Shown here piece by piece: positions 8,627 through 15,751 of a stretch of DNA of 24,227 nt. The position numbers and the translations under genes are program-made. A model generated the notes under the pieces. It was not told where the DNA came from, searched no databases, and saw only the letters and a program-made list of their open reading frames with translations. The DNA comes from an uncultured Bifidobacteriaceae bacterium (GTDB lineage Bacteria; Actinomycetota; Actinomycetes; S36-B12), in NCBI GenBank assembly GCA_964343995.1, contig CAYFLO010000001.1:4129-28355 (forward strand), written 5' to 3'. How positions within the stretch are numbered: position 1 is the stretch's first letter; each line of letters begins with the position of its first letter.

Positions 8627-9445
8627 TCAGGCAACGATCGCCCCGGAGGCAGCGCCGAGATACCAGGCGGCCAGGGCCGGTCCCAGCACCAGGCCCACGG
8701 CGGCACCGGCGATGAGGAACGGGCCGAAGGCGATGGCCTGGCGTCGTCGCGCTCGTCCGGCGACGAGCAGCACAACGGCCACGGCACCGCCCAGGAGGAA
8801 GGACGCGAACAGGCCCGAGGCCGAGGCACCGATGCCGACCCAGCCGACGGTGGCCCCCAGGACCGGGGAGAGCTTGACGTCGCCGAGTCCCATGCCGCGC
8901 CCGCGCGTGAGGACGTGGAGCACCCCGGTGACCGTCGTCCAGAGCACAGCGCCGATGAGGGCCCCGGTGACGTTGGACTCCCCCGAGATCAGCCAGGCGA
9001 CCACGAGGCCGACAGCGGTGATCGGGTAGAGCGGGTAGACGATCGCGTTCGGAAGTCGATGGACGTCGAGGTCGATGAGTGCCAGCGCCAGGCACGCGGA
9101 GGTGAGGACGAGGAGGAGTGGCAGGAGACCCGCAGGTCCGGACCCCACGAGGCACCACCACGCCATGGCCCCCCACAGCACACCGTTGGCCAGTTCGACC
9201 AGGGGGTAGCGCGCACTGATACTTGCGCGGCAGGAACGGCAGCGACCGCGCAGGAGCAGCCAGGACAGAACCGGTACCTCATCGCGCGGCGTGATGCCCG
9301 CACCGCACGACGGGCACGCCGACCGCGGGCGTACCACTGAGCGGCCCTGCGGCACGCGATGGATGACGACGTTGAGGAAGGACCCCACGATCAGGCCGAG
9401 GAGGCCGGCGGCCACCACGGCGATGAGCGCCAGGTCGGTGGTCAC
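8627..9445 (-). CDS. pilD: Prepilin peptidase / N-methyltransferase (A24A)
   Basis: GSFLNVVIHR, PRSACPSC, RGRCRSC, ISARYPLVE, catalytic IDLDVHRLP and GMGLGDVKL, and FGPFL. Confidence 0.96.
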   Translation of the reverse strand: MTTDLALIAVVAAGLLGLIVGSFLNVVIHRVPQGRSVVRPRSACPSCGAGITPRDEVPVLSWLLLRGRCRSCRASISARYPLVELANGVLWGAMAWWCLVGSGPAGLLPLLLVLTSACLALALIDLDVHRLPNAIVYPLYPITAVGLVVAWLISGESNVTGALIGAVLWTTVTGVLHVLTRGRGMGLGDVKLSPVLGATVGWVGIGASASGLFASFLLGGAVAVVLLVAGRARRRQAIAFGPFLIAGAAVGLVLGPALAAWYLGAASGAIVA

Positions 9446-10347
9446 GAGGAGCCGCCCACGCCGGCCATGACAGCACGCGCGAGGTCGGCACGTGCCTGCT
9501 CCAGTCGCGATTCCAGGTCGGCGATGAGCCGGTGCAGCTCGGCCACATCGGTCGAGTCAGGCGCACCGGTGTCCGCGGTCGTCGTGGCGCGCGGGGAACC
9601 GAGGTCGACCGAGCCGAACTGCTCGGGGACGACGTAGTGGTCGGACTGTTCGACCGGCACCGACACCGCCTCCGCGCGTCGCTGCAGGACGACGAGCGCG
9701 GCCAGGTGCACCGCCTCGGCACGCGTGAGACCCAGGCGTCCGGCGACCGCATCGACACTTCCGCCACGACCGGCCTCGGTGAGGAACGCCGCGACCTCGG
9801 GGGCGTCGCCGGACACGTGGCGTCCGGAGACCACCAGCCCGGTGTCGACCGGGCTGCCCTGCAGCGTGACGGTGCGCCAGGTGGCCTCCGTGCGCTCGCG
9901 ACGCACCTGCACCAACGCGCGAAGTTCGTCGAGATCGACCGGAAGGGCGCACTGCTCGCCGGTCGTCACGCCCTCCTCGAACTCCACGCGCACCGAGCGC
10001 AGGGTCGAGAGGGCCCCGACACCGGCGACGAGAAGCTCTTGATGGATCGCAGCGAGGGCATCGATGGCGATGAGTCCCCGCTCGACCGCGACGCGACCGA
10101 TCGGACGACCACTGTCCGCGGTGGAGAGGGCCAGGGCTCGGATGTCGTCCTCGTTCACCTCGCCCTGCGCGACGATGCGGTCGGTGATGGACGGGGCATA
10201 GTGGTCGAGCTCGACCGCGTAGGCGCAGCCGTCGACGGTGAAGACGCGTGCCCGATGTCCGCTGCGCCGATCGGTGACGACGATCGCCCCGGTGCGTCCG
10301 CGTGCCACATCCCACAGGGCCTGCCCCGACGTGCGTCCGATCCTCAT
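9442..10347 (-). CDS. DUF4388-like protein with MshEN-like helical repeat and C-terminal coiled coil (301 aa)
   Basis: Pattern TGAIVVT...VFTVDGCAYAV...IGRVAVERGLI...VEFEEG recalls DUF4388. ELHRLIADLESRLEQARADL coiled coil. Overlapping start/stop codons at both ends. Confidence 0.6.
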   Translation of the reverse strand: MRIGRTSGQALWDVARGRTGAIVVTDRRSGHRARVFTVDGCAYAVELDHYAPSITDRIVAQGEVNEDDIRALALSTADSGRPIGRVAVERGLIAIDALAAIHQELLVAGVGALSTLRSVRVEFEEGVTTGEQCALPVDLDELRALVQVRRERTEATWRTVTLQGSPVDTGLVVSGRHVSGDAPEVAAFLTEAGRGGSVDAVAGRLGLTRAEAVHLAALVVLQRRAEAVSVPVEQSDHYVVPEQFGSVDLGSPRATTTADTGAPDSTDVAELHRLIADLESRLEQARADLARAVMAGVGGSS

Positions 10348-11051
10348 GAGGCGGGTATCGGCTGGCTGGTGACCCAGGGGGCCTGGCGCTCATGGATCGG
10401 GCAGGGGGCCGCTCCCCCGTGGTCGACGGTGCCCACGTCGAATCCGGGACGACCGGTGCAGCCCGGACTCCACTCCTGCCGCAGCAGTCGACCGCCGGAC
10501 TCCACGCTCGACAGTGACATGCCGCCACCGGGACCGCCAGGGCCGACATGGTCGATGTGGACAACATGCTCAGGGATGACGTCGCGGGCCACCGCGCCGT
10601 CACGCACGACAAGGGAGTAGTGACGTACCGAGAGGTCACCGACGACCATGACGGTGGCGGCGCCGGACTCGCGCACGGTGAGGCTGCAGCGCGAGCCGAG
10701 GTAGGACGCCAGGTCGCGACGCTCGCCGGTGCCGAGGGTGAACGTCGTCGCCTCGCCGCCCGCGTACGCCCGATAGCCCAGTCGCGGGTCATAGGCCTTG
10801 CCCACGTGCTCGCGCACGGCGCGTTCGGCCTCGTCGAAGGTCCCTGCCCGCCCTTCGATGAGCAGGCGTGGCAGTCCGTCGACCGCGGTCATGCGATCGC
10901 AGAGCTCCCACCCGTACGACGCCACATGGCGCTGTCCGTCGACCATGGCACTCGTTCCGCTGATCCGGGCCACGAGGTGGTCGGTCAGCCACGTCCACTG
11001 CAGGATCCCGGACTCGTCGGTGAAGACCCACGGGATGGGGGTCGCGGTCAT
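10344..11051 (-). CDS. Hypothetical multidomain protein (235 aa), possible Sm-like domain and C-terminal Cys/His motif
   Basis: ATGA overlaps at both ends and host-like codon usage. Product is unknown. Confidence 0.75.
   Translation of the reverse strand: MTATPIPWVFTDESGILQWTWLTDHLVARISGTSAMVDGQRHVASYGWELCDRMTAVDGLPRLLIEGRAGTFDEAERAVREHVGKAYDPRLGYRAYAGGEATTFTLGTGERRDLASYLGSRCSLTVRESGAATVMVVGDLSVRHYSLVVRDGAVARDVIPEHVVHIDHVGPGGPGGGMSLSSVESGGRLLRQEWSPGCTGRPGFDVGTVDHGGAAPCPIHERQAPWVTSQPIPAS
10355..10362 (-). promoter_or_regulatory. GCCGATAC -10 element, 7 nt before ATG 10347
   Basis: Plus-strand GTATCGGC with exact 7-nt spacing to a start that has no SD. Confidence 0.6.
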
Positions 11052-12208
11052 GCCGGCTGCAGGAGCGCGGTGAGTCCGTCGTCCGCGCCCAGGGCCCCGC
11101 CCAGGCTCTCGCCCATGGCCGATACCGATCGGGTGACGGCGGCGCCGACGGCCTTGGGCAGAACCCCCAGGGCCTGCGCCACGTCCTGGCGGGTGCGCTC
11201 GCCCCAGAAGGTGAGGTAGGTGCAGGCCAGCGCCATCGCATCGGCCCGCAGCGCGCCGCTGCGATCGCGACGCAGGCACGAGTCGAGTACGGCGCGGGTG
11301 AGCACCTGTGCGGTCGCCCGCGACAGGCACGCATCATCCGCTGTCTCCGCGGCGATCAGACCCACCTGGTCGCACGACACTGACTGCGCATCGTCGTCGT
11401 CGGCGCGGCTCACCAGGGACCTCGGCACGCGCAGGGCGTGGGTGGTGGCCACGGCCTGGCGGCGCTTACGGACGTCACCCACCGTGGTGCCCGTGAGCTC
11501 GGCGAGCTCGGCGTCGGTGGTGCGGCGATGCTGGGTCGCCAGCGACTCGTCCTCCAGCCGGCGGAAGCGCAGCTGGTCATCGATCGTGGTGCGACCGTAC
11601 GCGGCCCGCGCCGCATCCTGCGGCCACTTGCGCAGCTTGCCCAGCATGAACACCAGGAAGGTGAGAGTGCCGTTGCGACCGAGCCGGTCGGCGTCATAGC
11701 GGTCGGCGTGATCGCTGATGAACAGGTACATCATCGAGCGCACGTCGTCGTCATCGATGAGATCGAGGTCGGCCATGAGCTTGCGGCGAATCGCGAAGGT
11801 GCGCGGGTACAGCCAGTCGACCGCGGCCATCACCAGCTCACCGAAGAGTCCGTCCGGGATCGCGTCCACGTTGCGGAAGGGCACACCGGTCTCCACCCGC
11901 ATGTTGTGGGCGGCGACGTCGTTCTCCTGGCACCACTGGGCAATGTCGTCGCGCGCCTGCGCACCCATGCCCTGCGGCACCCAGATGCGGTGCTGGCCAT
12001 CGCTCCACCGCCGGGTCGCAGCCTCGTAGGGAAGCGCGGTGACGATGTCGTGCGTCGAGACGGCCGCGTCACCGTCCCAGTGCACGCGATCGCACACCAT
12101 CGCGGGAGCCAGCGCGAGGATCTCCCCCTCGTCCATGCCGCGGACGACCAGGCGCGGGATCCGGCGCCCCTGCCGGTTGCTCGCCGTGATGAGCAGGTCC
12201 TCGCTCAT
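11048..12208 (-). CDS. Divergent group-3 (WhiG/FliA/SigF-like) sigma-70 factor with extra N-terminal domain (386 aa)
   Basis: Region 2-like DVRSMMYLFISDHADRYD...TFLVFMLGKLRKWPQDAAR, region 3-like RRTTDAELAELTGTTVGDV, and region 4-like YLTFWGERTRQDVAQALGV. SD GGAGGAAG. Confidence 0.7.
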   Translation of the reverse strand: MSEDLLITASNRQGRRIPRLVVRGMDEGEILALAPAMVCDRVHWDGDAAVSTHDIVTALPYEAATRRWSDGQHRIWVPQGMGAQARDDIAQWCQENDVAAHNMRVETGVPFRNVDAIPDGLFGELVMAAVDWLYPRTFAIRRKLMADLDLIDDDDVRSMMYLFISDHADRYDADRLGRNGTLTFLVFMLGKLRKWPQDAARAAYGRTTIDDQLRFRRLEDESLATQHRRTTDAELAELTGTTVGDVRKRRQAVATTHALRVPRSLVSRADDDDAQSVSCDQVGLIAAETADDACLSRATAQVLTRAVLDSCLRRDRSGALRADAMALACTYLTFWGERTRQDVAQALGVLPKAVGAAVTRSVSAMGESLGGALGADDGLTALLQPA

Positions 12209-12528
12209 GCGGCTTCCTCCGACACCATCGGCGCCACGAACATCGGCTCCCACGGCTCGAGTTCGTCGAGAACGTCGACCAGACCGCCGACGGCCATCTG
12301 CGCCTCCGGCTCACCGGCGCGGATCGCCGCAGGGGCACCCAGGAGCGCGCCCAGACGAACGCTGCGCCCCTCCGGGCTCACTCGGTCGTCGATCACCCGT
12401 AGCCAGCCGAAGGTGGCCAGGAGCCGCTGGAGCCGCTCCTGCAGGAGAGCCGAGGACTGCTGGGTCGCCTGAACCGCCAGCACCACCTCGACGGGTGCCT
12501 CCACTGAATTCACCGCACTGCCGTTCAT
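12205..12528 (-). CDS. Hypothetical protein (~107 aa), first gene of the accessory operon
   Basis: High GC3 codons and an ATGA overlap with the sigma gene. Start codon uncertain (12528 or GTG 12513). Confidence 0.65.
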   Translation of the reverse strand: MNGSAVNSVEAPVEVVLAVQATQQSSALLQERLQRLLATFGWLRVIDDRVSPEGRSVRLGALLGAPAAIRAGEPEAQMAVGGLVDVLDELEPWEPMFVAPMVSEEAA

Positions 12529-12548
12529 GAAGAGCCCTATCTGTAGTC

Positions 12549-12603
12549 CCCTGTATGACAGGGAACACGAAGGATTCAACCCTGTCCAGTAGACCCCTAC
12601 TGG
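12549..12603. promoter_or_regulatory. Two inverted repeats upstream of the sigma operon
   Basis: CCCTGT-ATG-ACAGGG (12549-12563) and CCAGTAG-ACCC-CTACTGG (12586-12603) in a relatively AT-rich intergenic region. Confidence 0.45.
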
Positions 12604-12671
12604 CTTTACTCAGGCTTGGCCCACTTTTGTCGCGGCACTGGCTGCGGACGCCCCGGGTAAACCCGAGCGCG

Positions 12672-12721
12672 CAAAGAGCGACGGCGGCCGCTCCTCCCTC
12701 GCGGGGGGAACGACCGCCGTC
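12672..12721 (-). terminator. Intrinsic terminator-like hairpin after pilA
   Basis: Minus strand GACGGCGGTCGTTCC...GGAGCGGCCGCCGTC (15-bp stem with 2 GU pairs) followed by GCTCTTT, 16 nt after the pilA stop. Confidence 0.8.
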
Positions 12722-12737
12722 GGCGGTTCGCTGGGGA

Positions 12738-13199
12738 CTAGGCGATCGCGTACACGCCCGCCGCGCCGGCCGTGGCCGAGCAGGTGTTCGTGGTCGAGGT
12801 CGGATCCGGCTTCAGGCCGCCGTTCGCCGAGTCGTACGTGAACTGGTTCTTGGACTCCGCATTGCAGCCCACGATCGTGTAGGTGCCGGCGGAGGAGTTC
12901 ACCGTGATCGTGTAGGTGTTGCCCGTCGACAGCTTGGGCTGGTCGACCGAGGCGAGCGCCTTGGCCTGAGCGTCCGTGGGGTAGGCGCTCTTGGTCGTGT
13001 AGTAGGTCTCCATGAACTTGGCGATGCCGTTGATGTCGGACTTCACCGACGCGTCACGGGCGGCCGAGCGCTGGTTGAGGAACACCGGGATGGCGATGGC
13101 CGCCAGGATGCCGATGATGGCGACGACGACGAGGAGTTCGATGAGGGTGAAGCCCGACTCCCCGTCCTCCCGGCGCTGCTTGAGCGAACTGAGCATCAT
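12738..13199 (-). CDS. pilA: Major type IV pilin
   Basis: Class III signal peptide KQRREDGESG/FTLIELLVVVAIIGILAAIAIP, two C-terminal Cys, own promoter and terminator, and SD TGGAG. Confidence 0.93.
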   Translation of the reverse strand: MMLSSLKQRREDGESGFTLIELLVVVAIIGILAAIAIPVFLNQRSAARDASVKSDINGIAKFMETYYTTKSAYPTDAQAKALASVDQPKLSTGNTYTITVNSSAGTYTIVGCNAESKNQFTYDSANGGLKPDPTSTTNTCSATAGAAGVYAIA

Positions 13200-13260
13200 T
13201 GTGATCTCCACTGCGTCGAGCCCCTTGCGGGGGCGGCGGGCGCGACGCCCTCCGCGGTGG

Positions 13261-13268
13261 GTATCGGC
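13261..13268 (-). promoter_or_regulatory. GCCGATAC -10 element of pilA
   Basis: Plus-strand GTATCGGC in the pilC-pilA gap, 61 nt upstream of ATG 13199. Confidence 0.7.
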
Positions 13269-13284
13269 CCGAAATCCGCCCCGG

Positions 13285-14502
13285 TCACTTCACCAGGTCG
13301 AAGATCTTGAAGATCGGCAGGTACATCGCGATGATCATGCCGCCCACGATGGCGCCCAGGCCCAGGATCATGACCGGCTCAATGAGGGCCATGAGCTGCT
13401 CCGTGGTGGCCTCGACCTCCTGGTCGTAGAAGTCGGCCACCTTGCCCAGCATGGTGTCCAGGGCGCCGGCGTCCTCGCCCACGGCGATCATGTGGACGAC
13501 CATGTCCGGGAAGATCGGGTGCTTGGCCAGCGGCCGGGCCATGCCCGAACCCTGGCGCACGCTCTCCTTCACGGCCGCCACCGCATCGGCGATCACCACG
13601 TTGCCCGCCGTCTCGGCCACGACGTCGAGAGCCGACAGGATCGGTACTCCCGCCCCCAGCAGCGATGACAGATTGCGCGTGAACCGGGCCAGCGCCACCT
13701 TGGCGAACAGCGGCCCGAACACCGGGAGCCGGAATCGCAGCGGCTCCACGATGCGCCGGATGCGCTCACTGCGCCGGTTGCGCCGGTAGAGCACCGTTCC
13801 GACCACGATCGCGGTGATGAGGGGCAGCAGCACGAACGGGTTGCGCAGGGTGTCCGAGACCCCCACGAGGATCCGGGTCGGCAGGGGCAGCTCGCCGCCG
13901 AAGGACGCGAAGAGGCCGGCGAACACCGGCACGACGAACAGCAGCATGCCGGTGGTGATGATCACGGCGATCACCGCGACCGCCACCGGGTAGGTGAGGG
14001 CCGACTTGATGCGCGAGCGCAGTTTGACGTCGGCCTCGAGGGACTCGGCGACCTGCACGAGGGTGGCGTCCAGGAAGCCACCGACCTCGCCGGCCCGGAC
14101 CATCGAGACCATGACGAGCGGGATCTCGCGATGCTCACCGAGGGCATCGGACAGGGGCGAGCCCTCCTCGACCGCGCGTCGCACCTGACCCAGGATCTCC
14201 CCCAGCCGTCGACTGGTGACCTGCTCCTCCAGGATCGCCAGGCATCTCAGGATGGGCAGGCCTGCGGCGAGCATGGTCGCGAACTGACGGCTCACAACCG
14301 CGAGGTCCTTCGTCGTCACCCGGCCACGCCCGAAGCGGATCTCGCGCTTGAGGCCAACGTTCGCACGGTCGACGGCGATGGGCGTCAGCCCCAGGCCCTT
14401 GACGCGTGCGATCGCGTCGGACTCGCTCTGCGCCGCCATCCGGCTCTCGACGAGTCGACCGTTGCGCGCCCGCGCCTTGACGAGGTACTCAGCCTGTGGC
14501 AT
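13285..14502 (-). CDS. pilC: Type IV pilus platform protein PilC (T2SS F family)
   Basis: RQFATMLAAGLPIL, GEVGGFLD, SALTYP, GEDAGALD, EPVMI and YLPIF motifs. Confidence 0.96.
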   Translation of the reverse strand: MPQAEYLVKARARNGRLVESRMAAQSESDAIARVKGLGLTPIAVDRANVGLKREIRFGRGRVTTKDLAVVSRQFATMLAAGLPILRCLAILEEQVTSRRLGEILGQVRRAVEEGSPLSDALGEHREIPLVMVSMVRAGEVGGFLDATLVQVAESLEADVKLRSRIKSALTYPVAVAVIAVIITTGMLLFVVPVFAGLFASFGGELPLPTRILVGVSDTLRNPFVLLPLITAIVVGTVLYRRNRRSERIRRIVEPLRFRLPVFGPLFAKVALARFTRNLSSLLGAGVPILSALDVVAETAGNVVIADAVAAVKESVRQGSGMARPLAKHPIFPDMVVHMIAVGEDAGALDTMLGKVADFYDQEVEATTEQLMALIEPVMILGLGAIVGGMIIAMYLPIFKIFDLVK

Positions 14503-15751
14503 CGGGTGCCATCCCCAGCAGTTGATGGAGTTCGGCCGCATCCGAGCAGTGCTCGCGCGCGGTCTCGTAGGTGATGCGCCCCTCCGACACCAGCCCCGCG
14601 AGGCTCTGGTTGAGCGTGTGCATGCCGAACCGGGAGCCCGTCTGCAGCGCCGACGGCAGCGACGGAAGCTTGCCCTCGCGGATGAGGTTGCGCACGGCCG
14701 GCGTGGCGACGAGCACCTCGGTGGCTGCCACCCGCCCCTGGCCGTCGGCGGTGCGGCACAGTGCCTGACAGACGATGCCAGCGAGGGATCCGGCAAGTTG
14801 GGCCCGGATCTGCGCCTGCTGCCCGGCCGGGAACACGTCGATCACCCGGTCGATGGTCGACGGCGCCGACGACGTGTGCAGCGTGGCGAGCACCAGGTGG
14901 CCGGTCTCGGCCGCGGTGAGGGCGATGGCGATGGTCTCCAGATCGCGCAGCTCGCCCACGAGGATGATGTCGGGGTCCTGGCGCAGCGCATGCTTCAGCG
15001 CGTCCTGGAACGACAGGGTGTCCAGGCCGACCTCACGCTGGTTGACCACACACGAGCGGTGCCGGTGCACGAACTCGATGGGGTCCTCGATCGTGACGAT
15101 GTGACCCTCGCGGTTGCCGTTGGCGCGGTCGATGATCGAGGCAAGTGTCGTGGACTTGCCCGATCCCGTGGGCCCGGTCACCAGCACTAGGCCACGCGGC
15201 AGGTCGGCGAAGGTGCCCACGACCTCCGGCATGCCGAGGGACTCCAGCGGGGTGATCTCCCACGGGATCGCACGGAACACCGCACCGACGGCGCCCTGCT
15301 GCCACATGAGGTTGACGCGGAACCGTGCTGCGCCGCGCAGGGCGTAGGCGAAGTCAAGTTCGCGAGCCTCCTCGAAGCGCTGCTTCTGGCGCTCGGTGAT
15401 GATCGCGTAGACGCACGCCTGGATCTCGGTGGCGGTGAGGGCGGACATGCCCGGCAGCGCCAGCATGCGTCCGTGCACGCGCATCATCGGCGGGGCACCC
15501 GCCGACAGGTGCAGGTCTGAGCCCCCGCGGGCGACCAGCACGCGCAGGGCCTCGTCGAGGTCGAGGTCGTGGGCCGCGGCCTCGGCGACGCCGACACGAC
15601 TGGCGGCCGGCGGAGCCACCGGCGGCGGGACGGCAGCCGACACGGGCGCCGCCGGATGCATGACCGGGGGCTGCATGACGGGTGCCGGCACGACCGGGGG
15701 CTGCATGACCGGTGGGGTGACGGCGAGCGGATCGCTCAACGGGAGCGTCAT
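14489..15751 (-). CDS. pilT: Retraction ATPase PilT
   Basis: GPTGSGKSTT, TIEDPIE, LRQDPD, AAETGHLVLATLHT and an AIRNLIRE-type motif (AVRNLIRE). Pro-rich N-terminal extension. Confidence 0.95.
   Translation of the reverse strand: MTLPLSDPLAVTPPVMQPPVVPAPVMQPPVMHPAAPVSAAVPPPVAPPAASRVGVAEAAAHDLDLDEALRVLVARGGSDLHLSAGAPPMMRVHGRMLALPGMSALTATEIQACVYAIITERQKQRFEEARELDFAYALRGAARFRVNLMWQQGAVGAVFRAIPWEITPLESLGMPEVVGTFADLPRGLVLVTGPTGSGKSTTLASIIDRANGNREGHIVTIEDPIEFVHRHRSCVVNQREVGLDTLSFQDALKHALRQDPDIILVGELRDLETIAIALTAAETGHLVLATLHTSSAPSTIDRVIDVFPAGQQAQIRAQLAGSLAGIVCQALCRTADGQGRVAATEVLVATPAVRNLIREGKLPSLPSALQTGSRFGMHTLNQSLAGLVSEGRITYETAREHCSDAAELHQLLGMAPDATG
15662..15709. repeat. 18-bp direct repeat (GACCGGGGGCTGCATGAC x2) encoding VMQPPV twice in the PilT N-terminus
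   Basis: Copies at 15662-15679 and 15692-15709, 30-bp period. Confidence 0.85.

Noticed and set aside
12222-12248. GCCGATGG/GCCGATGT upstream of the sigma start as an autoregulatory promoter
   Set aside because: Two mismatches to GCCGAWAC, and explained by Pro-Met codons of the upstream ORF.
12205-12528. Small ORF before the sigma as an RsiG-type anti-sigma
   Set aside because: No E-x3-S-x2-R-x3-Q-x3-D c-di-GMP motif is visible. It may still be a partner, but RsiG identity is unsupported.
5726-12528. Accessory run as a prophage, ICE or plasmid remnant
   Set aside because: No integrase, relaxase, terminase, att-like repeats or obvious compositional shift, and the genes share the pil promoter motif. 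A distant mobile origin is not excluded.
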